From: Klebsiella phage KPN8
Reading direction: 5' to 3' (one strand)
DNA length: 64,000 bases
Sequence record: OP079919.1
Shown here: positions 1-11,425 of the stretch, piece after piece
Layout: every line of letters begins with the position of its first letter
Numbering within the stretch: the stretch's first letter is position 1
Position numbers and translations under genes: made by a program
The notes under the pieces: model-generated
Told to the model about the DNA's origin: nothing
The model's database searches: none
Seen by the model: only the letters and a program-made list of their open reading frames with translations

Positions 1-233
1 GTCGCGTCTTAAAGGGCCGGCGTAAGTATATTGAAATTACTCGTGATGGAATTTTATCTCGGAAATATGACCGGTCTTTTATGCCCGAGTCGGCATTCGT
101 CAAGATGTTGGAAAAATCCTTCGGTCACACCTTCGAAGGAAAAATAAACGAACGCTGGTCTGCGAGTTTAGCCAACTATTCTTCTCTCAACAAAAAGGTT
201 GCTTTTCGCGGACATTTAAGAGATTCTATTTAA
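1..233 (+). CDS. 3' end of hypothetical protein (partial, enters from upstream)
   Basis: frame 3 open from window edge to TAA 231-233. Confidence 0.4.
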   Translation, partial: RVLKGRRKYIEITRDGILSRKYDRSFMPESAFVKMLEKSFGHTFEGKINERWSASLANYSSLNKKVAFRGHLRDSI

Positions 234-259
234 ACCTAATTACCTACGAGAAATAAAAA

Positions 260-763
260 ATGAGTAAACGAGGATTATCATCCAGCCCCTATAGGAGTAG
301 GCTCGAAAAGAAAATGCTGGATAAGAGGAGAGCCGGCCTTTTGACGGGACCTAAACTGAGAGGCCGGAAAGCCATTCAGCAGAGGATTCAAATAGATTCG
401 TTCCTGGAAAATATCATCTCTGATGCCGAATCATGGGCGGAACGACAAAAGATGGAAGAGTGGTTAAAAAATCCGCTTTATCCCTATTGGCGTAAGGATC
501 CCTTTGAAATAAGGAATTCGGGGATTGTTCCTCCCCCTGCGTTTTCCGGTAAAGACCACCGGATGCTTTCCGAAACACTTAAAAATCTTGTGTTGGCTAA
601 AACTATTCCTGGTGTTTCTGTAGAGGCGCTGAATGGATCAGCCAATCGCCAGGAAAGTATTCACGAAACATTCTCTTTTTACACCCACAAAAATATTGAC
701 CTTAGAGATTATCGCAAGGTTCATGGCCGTCCTTTAACTACTAACGGATTCCAACATGGCTAA
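260..763 (+). CDS. hypothetical protein (167 aa, basic N-terminus)
   Basis: ORF track; tight packing with next gene. Confidence 0.55.
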   Translation: MSKRGLSSSPYRSRLEKKMLDKRRAGLLTGPKLRGRKAIQQRIQIDSFLENIISDAESWAERQKMEEWLKNPLYPYWRKDPFEIRNSGIVPPPAFSGKDHRMLSETLKNLVLAKTIPGVSVEALNGSANRQESIHETFSFYTHKNIDLRDYRKVHGRPLTTNGFQHG

Positions 764-1304
764 AAGTATCTGGAAACCGGGTGTTAAGATCACCCGTAAA
801 GAAAAGAAAGCACTTCGTCGTTTAATGCCTCATCCTAATAAAGGTCGCAGACACTACCAGTGGCGGGTAGAAAACTTACGCATTAGCCACATCATGAAAA
901 ACGTATTGAATGATGACGGTACACTGAATATCGTTCAGGTTGCTAAACGCTCGGTTCGCGTTTCGGCCAAACTCACGATGAAGAGAGAATTCGCGATATC
1001 GCGTGTCCAGGGTAAAGTAAAGGGTCCGATCTTTACAGAAGTCGATAACGCCGGTCAAAATCAAGGAGAGGTCATCGAGAGACTGAGAGCCGGATACCAA
1101 TTCACCGTGACCTCCCCAGAATTAGCGAAAACGATTAGGGAACTCCCCGCTGATATCGATCCGGTCCAATTCAAAGAAACCTGCGATAAGGTTATCGAAC
1201 AATATCTCAGTGATAACATTAAGAACGGAACCGTTAATCCAGAAATAAAAGGAGTACATCTTCGTGGCCAAGCCAGTTACCTATCGTCAGTTCCTAAAGA
1301 ATAA
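756..1304 (+). CDS. hypothetical protein (182 aa)
   Basis: ORF track; 8-nt overlap with upstream gene. Confidence 0.55.
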   Translation: MAKSIWKPGVKITRKEKKALRRLMPHPNKGRRHYQWRVENLRISHIMKNVLNDDGTLNIVQVAKRSVRVSAKLTMKREFAISRVQGKVKGPIFTEVDNAGQNQGEVIERLRAGYQFTVTSPELAKTIRELPADIDPVQFKETCDKVIEQYLSDNIKNGTVNPEIKGVHLRGQASYLSSVPKE

Positions 1305-1518
1305 CGGCATTCCCAAGGATAAGAAAGAACCTCTTATTCCTACTACGGCGGTATTGCTACCGAAACCTGAGGTTCCTAAAGGGCTTAATTCTAGTCTGCG
1401 CAGTACTGATGGAACGGGAATAGATACCTTCGGTAATTTAGATGGGAGGTCCGGAAAGATCGAAATACTCAACGCTAAGTATGCTCATGGAGAATGGTTT
1501 ACTTGGCCTAACAAATAG
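1264..1518 (+). CDS. hypothetical protein (84 aa, GTG start)
   Basis: AAGGAG 9 nt upstream of GTG; overlaps preceding gene by 41 nt. Confidence 0.4.
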   Translation: MAKPVTYRQFLKNNGIPKDKKEPLIPTTAVLLPKPEVPKGLNSSLRSTDGTGIDTFGNLDGRSGKIEILNAKYAHGEWFTWPNK

Positions 1519-1536
1519 AAAGGGTGGGACGACGTA

Positions 1537-2909
<1,373 letters not shown>

Positions 2910-2910
2910 A

Positions 2911-3354
2911 ATGGGGTTCAATATTAGAATCGCAAACGCAACGGTCGTTCAAACGGAAAACGGATATTTGTCGTTCAAAGTTCCCAGGATCGACCGAGAC
3001 GATGACGTCCCGTTTTCTTTAGGGATATGGGGATCCAATGAGATAATACCGACTTATGGATTCTGGCAAGATTTTTGTGTCGATTTAGGTATAGCCGATC
3101 TCTTTTATTACGAGCTAGAATCTAAAGGGTTGGGTTGCCACCAATATCCTGGCGTGTTGGCGATAACCGAGGAAGTGATCACTAAGCTTAAAACAGCACT
3201 GGAAGATTATCAGAAACGCTACCCGGATATTGAGATCAAAGACGAGCTAACTACTGATCTCACCAGAACGTATCTCCACGGTTTACGCTGGCTTATTTAC
3301 TGGAGCGAACGAGCTTTTAAAAGCGGTCCTCTTCCTGGAATCAGTTTGTCTTAA
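2911..3354 (+). CDS. hypothetical protein (147 aa)
   Basis: ORF; AAGGAAA before ATG. Confidence 0.6.
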   Translation: MGFNIRIANATVVQTENGYLSFKVPRIDRDDDVPFSLGIWGSNEIIPTYGFWQDFCVDLGIADLFYYELESKGLGCHQYPGVLAITEEVITKLKTALEDYQKRYPDIEIKDELTTDLTRTYLHGLRWLIYWSERAFKSGPLPGISLS

Positions 3355-3367
3355 AAGGCAGGTAACT

Positions 3368-3928
3368 ATGAAACAGAAATTTCATCAAGGCGATTTGGTT
3401 TTTATAAAAGAAGACCTCGGTCCATACATGTCCCATTTCGAAAGTGGGTGTCGGGCTATCGTTCAATACAGTTACAATGATCGTTACGGCGACAAAGATA
3501 AATCAAAAGAGTTTAAAAATGAGTCTGACATCAGCTATTCTCTTTGGTTGGAAGGGAGGGGAAGCGTTGCTTGGTATCAACAGGACCAACTCATTCTCAT
3601 TGAGGCGGGGAGAGGCGATCTCTTAGAACGGTGGGAAAAGGAAGAGGAAGAGAAAAAGGTTAGGGAATCCGATCTGGATTACATCTTTTCCATTAAAGAT
3701 CCGAATCAACTGGGTTATTACAGTCTGCAGGCCTTGGCTGACGTTATGGAACTGGGCTCGCTTTGGGGTTCAAGAGGAGAGGGTGTAGATTTGGTCCGTA
3801 ATCAACACTGCATGCGTATTCTCTTTAGCCGATTCGTGTCGTGTGAAAACCCCAAGGAAGAATTCTTAAAATCAGTGGCTGAATTTAAAGAGAAAGTCCG
3901 GTCCGGTCAAATCGACACACAGATTTAA
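3368..3928 (+). CDS. hypothetical protein (186 aa, acidic C-terminal region)
   Basis: ORF track. Confidence 0.6.
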   Translation: MKQKFHQGDLVFIKEDLGPYMSHFESGCRAIVQYSYNDRYGDKDKSKEFKNESDISYSLWLEGRGSVAWYQQDQLILIEAGRGDLLERWEKEEEEKKVRESDLDYIFSIKDPNQLGYYSLQALADVMELGSLWGSRGEGVDLVRNQHCMRILFSRFVSCENPKEEFLKSVAEFKEKVRSGQIDTQI

Positions 3929-3983
3929 TCAGGTCTTTAATATCTCGTCGTAACGCTCAATAATTTTTAGGGGTATCGACATC

Positions 3984-4391
3984 ATGAAGAAAGATATTGA
4001 AAAACCAAACAGCTTCCATATTACCGAGTGCTCTTTATCATCCGCCAGTTCCCTTTCTTTTAACAAAGAAGGGTTTCTGGAGAATTATACCGGGTTTAAC
4101 GAGCACATTGTTTATACCTCTGATATTGTCGGGGGATATTTAGAAAGAGAAAATGACGAATTAGGCGAAAGCTTATTCGAAGTTCTTTTTGACAGATCCC
4201 GTAGTCCATCCATCGTCTACATTACCGTTCTTAAAAAGAACACGGACGTTCTAGAACTTAACGTGACAATAAAAGATGTGAAAGACTGTTCCGCTTTAAT
4301 AGAAGCGTACGATAAAGTGATCTTGGCTTTTGATGAAACGAGAGAACATTCCCTCGCTAAAGCCTTTGACCTCGCGCTACAATACTGCTAA
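3984..4391 (+). CDS. hypothetical protein, paralog A (ends ALQYC)
   Basis: TTTAGG..ACATC-ATG context; shares motifs EKPxxFxI, SSLSFxKEGFL, AFDExRxHSL..ALQYC with the next gene. Confidence 0.65.
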   Translation: MKKDIEKPNSFHITECSLSSASSLSFNKEGFLENYTGFNEHIVYTSDIVGGYLERENDELGESLFEVLFDRSRSPSIVYITVLKKNTDVLELNVTIKDVKDCSALIEAYDKVILAFDETREHSLAKAFDLALQYC

Positions 4392-4415
4392 TTTAATTTA
4401 TCTTTAGGAAAAATC

Positions 4416-4850
4416 ATGGAAAATCAAATCGAAAAACCGGATTGCTTTTATATTGCTAAAGGTCATTTGTCCGGATGCAGTTCTTTGTCTTTCGACAAAG
4501 AGGGGTTCTTAAGTAATAATGAAGTCGACGAATCGCTGATTGAAAACCTGGTCGGCGGTTATCTTGAAATAGAAGATCACGAAGACGGACTTAGTTATTT
4601 TGAAGCATTGGTGACCGTCTCGGAAGAACGAATTGGAAGTGGATTTAAAACCCATACGGTGAAACGCCACACACTCCATATCGAAGCCGTCAATGACGAA
4701 TCCGACACCCTGAAATTCACCATCGACAACGTTGATACGAAAGACTTCGACGCGCTAATCGAACGTTACAACGGTGTGATCTCCGCCTTTGATGAGAATC
4801 GTCAACATTCCTTGTACTCGGCCTTTGCAACGGCTTTACAATACTGCTAA
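4416..4850 (+). CDS. hypothetical protein, paralog B (ends ALQYC)
   Basis: tandem duplicate of 3984-4391; TTTAGGAAAAATC-ATG. Confidence 0.65.
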   Translation: MENQIEKPDCFYIAKGHLSGCSSLSFDKEGFLSNNEVDESLIENLVGGYLEIEDHEDGLSYFEALVTVSEERIGSGFKTHTVKRHTLHIEAVNDESDTLKFTIDNVDTKDFDALIERYNGVISAFDENRQHSLYSAFATALQYC

Positions 4851-4874
4851 TCAACACCACTTTTAGGAAAAATC

Positions 4875-5402
4875 ATGTCTGACATCAAACGTATTGCTGA
4901 CTTAATGTACCAATCGGTTATTCAGAATAACCCAGGGATTCTAAAAGCCGGATTGGTTGTCATTGCGACAGACCAAGAAAAAATGGTGAAGTCGGATGTT
5001 CGTTTCATTCCGGTCTCAGCCGCTGTTGGGCCAAATCCGGTCCATGAAAGAATAGAAGCGATTATTAAGGAGGGCGGGTTTTACCTTCACCACCTCGATA
5101 ACGTCTGGGTTGTCACCAATTTCGAAGGGCGGGCACAGGCGGCGTTGTTATACGCGCAACATTGCTTCCAACAATATGCCGTGCGTCTACCACCTGACAG
5201 CGGGTATCGTGGTTATGAAATCAATCCTGGTGTCAGAGTCGAGATCGTTGGGTTCTCCGATCCAACCGCCGAGCCTGAAGAGGCATTCTCGCTTTATGAA
5301 TCATTATGTGCTGAATGCAACCCCTCCCTTGTCAACATAAACGGCGAAGTCCATCTGAAGTCAGACGCTCGTTATCGTAACAGTCACGAGGGCGGTTACT
5401 AA
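4875..5402 (+). CDS. hypothetical protein (175 aa)
   Basis: TTTTAGGAAAAATC-ATG. Confidence 0.65.
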   Translation: MSDIKRIADLMYQSVIQNNPGILKAGLVVIATDQEKMVKSDVRFIPVSAAVGPNPVHERIEAIIKEGGFYLHHLDNVWVVTNFEGRAQAALLYAQHCFQQYAVRLPPDSGYRGYEINPGVRVEIVGFSDPTAEPEEAFSLYESLCAECNPSLVNINGEVHLKSDARYRNSHEGGY

Positions 5403-5429
5403 TAGTCTAAGTAACACAAGGAATAAAAA

Positions 5430-5795
5430 ATGATAGTGAGACTTGTGGTTAACCAACATTGTCGTCTAGGTTGGTGGTTTGAAAGAGAATATTTCTCCTA
5501 CAATAACCGCGATCTGAGAGACCTCGCCCCTAAGAATAGTGAAACTTATTATTCTGGTGGGGAGCACGGCGTTAATCTCTTCACAGAGAAAGGCGATGAA
5601 ATCAGGGCGTGGTTAGAACTCGTCAAAGAAACTTATCCGATTATTGAAGAAGAGATCGGTCTGGTTCTTAAAGAGATCGGAAACAGTAAAGGGGGATTTT
5701 ACGATGTGCGTAAAATCCTGCGAGATCGCAAACCTTCTTTACTTTGGCAGTGGTCTCCAATGAACAAAGATTTCTTGCCTCCTTCCGTTTTTTGA
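5430..5795 (+). CDS. hypothetical protein (121 aa)
   Basis: ORF; AAGGAATAAAAA-ATG. Confidence 0.55.
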   Translation: MIVRLVVNQHCRLGWWFEREYFSYNNRDLRDLAPKNSETYYSGGEHGVNLFTEKGDEIRAWLELVKETYPIIEEEIGLVLKEIGNSKGGFYDVRKILRDRKPSLLWQWSPMNKDFLPPSVF

Positions 5796-5880
5796 TCTAG
5801 AGCAATGCCCAGACAAGGATGTCGTCAACACAGCTTAGTGCTGTTTCGAGTCAACTAATTAAACTCAACGAGGAATAAAC

Positions 5881-6756
5881 ATGTTAAGAAATATTCACGA
5901 ATGCATCCGCGCTATCGATATTCATTCTGGTGTAGTGATGTCACTCAGACTCAACGCAGATGATCGAGTAGAACGTCTCACTGCGTCGATCATGATCTCA
6001 GATAGATACGATAACCGGTTCTTAATCTTACCAGATGAAATTAGAACATTCACACAAACCATCCGTGAGTTTGTGCACGGAATTATACCAGGATTTAATC
6101 CTAACGCACCTAAACTTCAATATGTCGTAGTAGAAAACCTGAAAGAAAAACGGGTTAACATTTCTTTTAAAGGAACGACGATAAAAGTGGGCGGGGATAG
6201 AGACCCAAGGATCAATCTTACCGAGATTCTTGAAACGATATCACTCTGGCACCCTTTCATTATTCAGTGGCCAATTTACGGGGTGGTTGACTACGCCGAA
6301 TTGAATAAACTAAACAGAATGCTGTTGCTTCATCGAGACTCCGGCAACTTCCTTAAAGTTCTAACTCGACAAGGAAATATGTCCAATCCGTTGACGACCA
6401 TTACCGTAAGAGATGGTCGGGGATCTCACAAGGAGCTGGTGATTTCTAACAGAACCCAATTCTCGATGATTATTTCTGGTACTGCCGGTAAAGACATCTT
6501 GGAGTTGATTATCGAAACGCTCCAATCTAAACCAATGTTAGGTGATCGGAAAGGTCACATCAAAGAGCTGGCAGGGAAGTACGTTTTTGTCTGCTCCTTG
6601 ATAAAAGCCCCTCGTAAAGAAAACTTTGATCGACACCAGCTCACGATTATGAGTGAGGTCGGACCTTATCCTCAAGCTATCCGTTTAAATTTTGAAACAG
6701 ATGAAGAAAGAAATGAAATTATTTCGGGACTGGAACACGCTTTAACAATCGTTTAA
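5881..6756 (+). CDS. hypothetical protein (291 aa)
   Basis: ORF; GAGGAATAAAC-ATG; followed by terminator. Confidence 0.65.
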   Translation: MLRNIHECIRAIDIHSGVVMSLRLNADDRVERLTASIMISDRYDNRFLILPDEIRTFTQTIREFVHGIIPGFNPNAPKLQYVVVENLKEKRVNISFKGTTIKVGGDRDPRINLTEILETISLWHPFIIQWPIYGVVDYAELNKLNRMLLLHRDSGNFLKVLTRQGNMSNPLTTITVRDGRGSHKELVISNRTQFSMIISGTAGKDILELIIETLQSKPMLGDRKGHIKELAGKYVFVCSLIKAPRKENFDRHQLTIMSEVGPYPQAIRLNFETDEERNEIISGLEHALTIV

Positions 6757-6759
6757 CTT

Positions 6760-6808
6760 ATACTCCTACTCCCTTATCGGGAGTAGGAGTATAAACCTTA
6801 TTATTTTT
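6760..6808 (+). terminator. intrinsic terminator, palindromic family member 1 (ATACTCCTACTCCC-TTATC-GGGAGTAGGAGTAT + T-run)
   Basis: 14-bp perfect stem then T-rich tract. Confidence 0.75.
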
Positions 6809-6889
6809 TACTTGTATTTATTTATAGATCTTTATTATCAAAGCGTAAACTAAAACAACCGTTAACTTTATATGGTTGGTTTTTCCTAA

Positions 6890-6919
6890 CCGAGGAAATG
6901 GAAGTCCTCGGTCTTTTTT
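6890..6919 (+). terminator. second tandem terminator hairpin (CCGAGGA-loop-TCCTCGG + TCTTTTTT)
   Basis: 7-bp stem followed by T6. Confidence 0.6.
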
Positions 6920-6951
6920 AATACGGAATACAAATTTAGGAAATCAAGATC

Positions 6952-7368
6952 ATGAAAAATATCTTTATCGCCCTCTCTCTGTTCGTTTTCTCTTTCTCCG
7001 CACTAGCTGAAGATTTTGTCTGTAAGACAGAAGCCTATGTCGCCGATCCGAAAGGAACCGATCCGGCAGTAATAACTCACGGCGTTTACAGTTTTGATTA
7101 TAATCGCGCTACCGACGTTTTAACCAAAATCGATGGTAAGAAAGATGACTTCGCAGTCCCTACCTTTGCGGTAGGTAAGGACGACAAAGGCATCACCGTC
7201 CGCGTGGGGTATAAAGGCAAAATGGTATATTGGTTTGGGTTTAACGGCCGGGCTATCGATTCCGTCATTCTGGCGGAACATAAAACCATGATAACCCGAG
7301 ATTCTTTTAAAGGGGATACCATGGCGAAAACTGTTTATTTGAAAATGTACAGCGACTGTTCTTATTAA
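6952..7368 (+). CDS. secreted protein with signal peptide (138 aa)
   Basis: N-terminal MKNIFIALSLFVFSFSALA-ED; TTTAGGAAATCAAGATC-ATG. Confidence 0.7.
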   Translation: MKNIFIALSLFVFSFSALAEDFVCKTEAYVADPKGTDPAVITHGVYSFDYNRATDVLTKIDGKKDDFAVPTFAVGKDDKGITVRVGYKGKMVYWFGFNGRAIDSVILAEHKTMITRDSFKGDTMAKTVYLKMYSDCSY

Positions 7369-7377
7369 GGGACGACG

Positions 7378-8073
7378 ATGAAAAGAAATGTGTTCGTCGA
7401 AATGCTCGACAACGGAGTGAGGATAAGAGCGCTTTCGGAAGATGCTAAATCCACACTGATCGACCACACGTTCACCACTCAATCGTTGTTGACTTCCGAA
7501 CAGTTTCGGCGCCTAGTGGACATCGCAGAAGAGAATTGGGAGATCGAAAGTCAGTTTAGAAGATCTGTCCAGCTGTGTGTCCACTGGGGTGTGGTTACCA
7601 AGGAAATCGTAGACGGGTTAACTGAATACATCGGCGATCGTAAAGTTGCTGAACTGGGTTGCGGGCACGGTTATCTTCTTTCTTGTTTAAAAGAAAAAGG
7701 AGTCGATATCCGAGGATACGACCTGGGGATCGAATCAGGAGAGGCCGAAGAATGGTTGGGGTCTAAACTCGTAACTGATAAAAAGCACCATTTGTTTGCT
7801 TCTTATACTTCGGGCAATTATAACGAACTCTCGTTCGATTATTACGATATCATTCTCATGGTCTGGCCTCGTAATGCCGATCAAGCATTACTCAAAATGA
7901 AGCCTAGACAGACGCTCATTCTTATCGGGGAATTGGACGGCTGCACCGGAGGTCCTCTTCAAGAGAGGATTTTGAATGAGCGTTTTGAAGTCATAGAAGA
8001 AAATTTCTTAGGGAAGCATTATATCCGCTGGGATGGACTCCACGACAAGATTAACATTTATCGTAAAAACTGA
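7378..8073 (+). CDS. putative SAM-dependent methyltransferase
   Basis: motif I-like VAELGCGHGYLL followed by acidic YDLG; 231 aa. Confidence 0.45.
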   Translation: MKRNVFVEMLDNGVRIRALSEDAKSTLIDHTFTTQSLLTSEQFRRLVDIAEENWEIESQFRRSVQLCVHWGVVTKEIVDGLTEYIGDRKVAELGCGHGYLLSCLKEKGVDIRGYDLGIESGEAEEWLGSKLVTDKKHHLFASYTSGNYNELSFDYYDIILMVWPRNADQALLKMKPRQTLILIGELDGCTGGPLQERILNERFEVIEENFLGKHYIRWDGLHDKINIYRKN

Positions 8074-8100
8074 CATCAACTTTATTTAGGGAAACGTATC

Positions 8101-8556
8101 ATGTCATTACTGAAAAACATCGTTATTAAATCTTCTTCTATTTCCGCCATCTGTGGGATTCCGACTTATAAGGATAAACCTTGCGCTTACACCAACGTGG
8201 GGTTCAATCGCAAACTTTACGGTACGGGCGTGGACTACGTCCTCGATAATTCGGATGGGATCCTCAAACAAACTAATCTGGATGAAACCAGTTCTGATCA
8301 GCCGACTAAGCTTAACGGTGTTTTCGTTATTAAACACATGACCGGGTTGGTTGACGGCAATTCCTGCGTAATCGGGGTTAAGGACGACGTCATCCTTTGC
8401 GTGGCGGACAACAAAGGACTTATCTGGACCCACCCCACCTGTTCCACAATGAGTATTCAGGATGAGTGTCTCAAAGAGGTGATGACTCCCGACGGATTCG
8501 AGCAGTATAAGTTGGGTCGTAAACGTCGCTTCTCTGACGATCTGGCTTTCTTTTAA
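8101..8556 (+). CDS. hypothetical protein (151 aa, Cys-rich)
   Basis: TTTAGGGAAACGTATC-ATG. Confidence 0.6.
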   Translation: MSLLKNIVIKSSSISAICGIPTYKDKPCAYTNVGFNRKLYGTGVDYVLDNSDGILKQTNLDETSSDQPTKLNGVFVIKHMTGLVDGNSCVIGVKDDVILCVADNKGLIWTHPTCSTMSIQDECLKEVMTPDGFEQYKLGRKRRFSDDLAFF

Positions 8557-8568
8557 AGGAAACGAAAA

Positions 8569-8883
8569 ATGCACTCGCAGCTCACAACCATTATTGACAC
8601 GGTGGAAAGGGTCAAAAACGATCGGTTTAATCCCGAGACCTTCATCACCAGTCGAAAAGTAAGCACCAACGATATGGTGTTTTCTTACAGTTATCTTTTG
8701 GGTAATCTTTACATCAAAGGTGCGTTCGACGACGGCGAATTCGAAATCTTCAAAGATCACGCTACCTGGCAGGTTTGGATCTGGGGTGAAAAGAAACCGG
8801 ATCGCTGTCAGTTCTCCTGTCCTGAACACGGGTACGATAAAGTAAAACACTTTATCGAAACCACTTTCCCAGAAACGAAATAA
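8569..8883 (+). CDS. hypothetical protein (104 aa)
   Basis: ORF; AAGGAAACGAAAA-ATG. Confidence 0.6.
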   Translation: MHSQLTTIIDTVERVKNDRFNPETFITSRKVSTNDMVFSYSYLLGNLYIKGAFDDGEFEIFKDHATWQVWIWGEKKPDRCQFSCPEHGYDKVKHFIETTFPETK

Positions 8884-8925
8884 CGTGGTTGGGGAGAAAC
8901 CTCCCCAGCTAATTAAGAGGCCGAT

Positions 8926-9402
8926 ATGGATACCATTTCAGTATTAACTCATCAAATTGTCGTCGTTCAAATGGATGAGGAAACACTCACTTTGAAAGAT
9001 CTTCGTCATGACGGCACGCTGGTCTTCAAGCACTTTGATGATAATTCCCCCCGAGCGACGTTGAATGATCTGAAAAGGTTATTTGAGGCGGGAGACCTCC
9101 TCCTGAGAATCAAAGGACATAATGAGATAGGTGTTTCAGAAGGGTTTGATTTTACTGGCTACGTCGAATTACACAACGTAGTCCTCACCGACCCAATTCT
9201 GGAAAACACGGATCTTCTTGACGTCAGCCTCCCTAACAACACTTTCTTATCGGTGCGCTTTGCTTCTCTAGAACGTGTCTCCACTGATGTCAAGTCAAAG
9301 AAAATCTTTTTGGCTTATGGGCTATATGCCGGGACTGATTTAACGACAGCTGGTGACATCAATCTCGTTAATGGTCAGCGGTGTAACTTGGATAGAATTT
9401 AA
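8926..9402 (+). CDS. hypothetical protein (158 aa)
   Basis: ORF; AAGAGG before ATG. Confidence 0.6.
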   Translation: MDTISVLTHQIVVVQMDEETLTLKDLRHDGTLVFKHFDDNSPRATLNDLKRLFEAGDLLLRIKGHNEIGVSEGFDFTGYVELHNVVLTDPILENTDLLDVSLPNNTFLSVRFASLERVSTDVKSKKIFLAYGLYAGTDLTTAGDINLVNGQRCNLDRI

Positions 9403-9411
9403 GAGGTAGCC

Positions 9412-9804
9412 ATGATTACTGTCGATTTAACAATGGGTTGCGTGACTCGTCTGGGTCTAATCATCAACAGAATCCAAAATTATCCGCGTCATAAGGCCCT
9501 CAAAGATTTAGCTCCGCTATTTATCTTTGATGAAACCAATTGGTTTTACCCGCGTTGCGAAATAAAGTGGAATAACCCGGAAACCTTAATCACCTGGCTG
9601 GGGTTGGTGGCTGATGAATTTCCCGAAGTCGGTGAAGAAGTCGAATTGATCGTTCGTGCAATCGAGGGTAAAACGTCCGGTCGGGTCAGTGTTTTTGATT
9701 TACTCAATACCCCCACTCACCAACACCTTCTCCTGGTTTGGGATATCCATGAGAAAAAGACAACGGTTAAACATCCAGGCGGTGACCATCCCTTCTTTAA
9801 ATAA
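9412..9804 (+). CDS. hypothetical protein (130 aa)
   Basis: ORF; AAGAGGTAGCC-ATG. Confidence 0.6.
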   Translation: MITVDLTMGCVTRLGLIINRIQNYPRHKALKDLAPLFIFDETNWFYPRCEIKWNNPETLITWLGLVADEFPEVGEEVELIVRAIEGKTSGRVSVFDLLNTPTHQHLLLVWDIHEKKTTVKHPGGDHPFFK

Positions 9805-9830
9805 TCCGTTTTTCTTTAGGAATTAACATC

Positions 9831-10208
9831 ATGTCTAAGTTATCATCTTCAGCGGTAAATGATTTATTTTGTGAGTGTTTGGCTGGATCAGAAGAAGATC
9901 CCGACGTAAAGGTCGTAGTGGGTATCGTAGGGGTCTTTATCTTCGATCCCGCTAAACTTATTGAAAACAAAGAAAGTATCGTTTCTTTTCTCATGGAGCT
10001 TCCTGAGAAATTTCAGGAAGAGAAAGGAGGCGGGTGGAGTTTCCTCGAAGCTTGTATGGATAAAGAGGGAAACCACTGGGCAGAACATCCAACCATCGAA
10101 CGGCTAATGGGTCTGGGAATCGCCATAGATAAAGTAGAATACGTTCTACCGCGCGAAATGTGGTCCGTCCTCCCAGGCGGAATGCCGTATTTTGTTATTA
10201 AGAAATAA
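9831..10208 (+). CDS. hypothetical protein (125 aa)
   Basis: TTTAGGAATTAACATC-ATG. Confidence 0.65.
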   Translation: MSKLSSSAVNDLFCECLAGSEEDPDVKVVVGIVGVFIFDPAKLIENKESIVSFLMELPEKFQEEKGGGWSFLEACMDKEGNHWAEHPTIERLMGLGIAIDKVEYVLPREMWSVLPGGMPYFVIKK

Positions 10209-10237
10209 CCAAACCTAACTTTTGAAAGGAACATCCA

Positions 10238-10696
10238 ATGAAAAGCATCGTTTTAGTTTTACTCTCTTTCTTTTCCGCTTCCGTATTTGCTGGCGCAATG
10301 GGAATGGTCGATCCTCTGGACGTTGTAGGCGATCGTTGCGCTCCAGGCGATATCGTCTTTTACGGTCAAACTGAAAAAGGACATAAAGAAGTTCTCGTCT
10401 GCCGTTGGGACAATGACGTCTTTTACTCCTACGGTAAGATCGGTCAGAAACCCGAGCTGTATCTTAAAGTCAATGTTCGCGATGTAAGGGCTCAGGTTGA
10501 AGACACCGACAACACCAGCGGCGAACAAGTCATCATCAAAAATGGTAACACGCTTTATTACGTTGGCGCGAAATCTTACTTCAACGAAGCTAAAGATGTG
10601 GGTTGGGTTAACGTTACCGATACCAATGGTAAAAAGATCGTTAACATTCCACTGGTAGGCAGCGGAACCATAAGCGACATTCGTAATCAATTTTAA
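10238..10696 (+). CDS. secreted protein with signal peptide (152 aa)
   Basis: MKSIVLVLLSFFSASVFA-GA signal peptide. Confidence 0.65.
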   Translation: MKSIVLVLLSFFSASVFAGAMGMVDPLDVVGDRCAPGDIVFYGQTEKGHKEVLVCRWDNDVFYSYGKIGQKPELYLKVNVRDVRAQVEDTDNTSGEQVIIKNGNTLYYVGAKSYFNEAKDVGWVNVTDTNGKKIVNIPLVGSGTISDIRNQF

Positions 10697-10710
10697 CTGG
10701 GTGGGTTAAG

Positions 10711-11058
10711 ATGACTTATAAAGAGCTCAACGAACTACTCTCTACCAAAACACCGACCGAACAGTTTGTTTGGTTGGAAGCGGAAGTGAAACGTCTCGGT
10801 CTCGAGATCACTGATAAGCGCCACGCTGATTGGATTACTGAAGGAAAGCAAGATCCTTTCGGAGGACGGTATGATGACGATGACCGCGCGCATCAATCTC
10901 AACATACCGACTATGATGTAGGGAACGCCGTTTACCTGGCGGATCGGCACGACCTCAGTCTCATCGCTCAACAAACCGAAGCTAAAGAACGCATCCGCTG
11001 GCTATCCCGGCAGTTGTATAAACATCGATTAATCCAGGCTATCCTTTTAGCCGAATAA
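10711..11058 (+). CDS. hypothetical protein (115 aa)
   Basis: ORF track. Confidence 0.55.
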   Translation: MTYKELNELLSTKTPTEQFVWLEAEVKRLGLEITDKRHADWITEGKQDPFGGRYDDDDRAHQSQHTDYDVGNAVYLADRHDLSLIAQQTEAKERIRWLSRQLYKHRLIQAILLAE

Positions 11059-11071
11059 CAAAGGTATCACC

Positions 11072-11425
11072 GTGAAAAACATTTTAGGTCTCATCATCCT
11101 GTTCTTCCTGGCAACAACCCCGGCACGAGCCCACTTGTTTGGACCGGTGGACCAAGTCAACATCCGTGGTTACGAAACGACTCTGATCAACATGCGGTTA
11201 AAATCGGATCGTAACGACTACTACGCGTTTAGCGTCGGAGACGTCACTAAGGTGGACAGTAAGGGGAATCCGGTTAAGATGTACGTGATGGCTGGCATGG
11301 AAGCCATTTTCCCAATGACCATTAGTAATAAGTACATTAAAAACGACCACATCAAGATCTGTTCCTGGCCTCTTGATGCCCACTCGCAATTCACCGGAAA
11401 GGTATGCTTCGATGTTCGCGTATAA
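11072..11425 (+). CDS. secreted protein with signal peptide (117 aa, GTG start)
   Basis: MKNILGLIILFFLATTPARA-H; AAAGG 7 nt before GTG. Confidence 0.6.
   Translation: MKNILGLIILFFLATTPARAHLFGPVDQVNIRGYETTLINMRLKSDRNDYYAFSVGDVTKVDSKGNPVKMYVMAGMEAIFPMTISNKYIKNDHIKICSWPLDAHSQFTGKVCFDVRV

Noticed and set aside
8107-8850. 247-aa minus-strand ORF
   Set aside because: Completely overlaps two plus-strand genes that carry the conserved TTTAGG..ATC-ATG initiation context; no SD or terminator of its own; plus-strand packing is continuous here.
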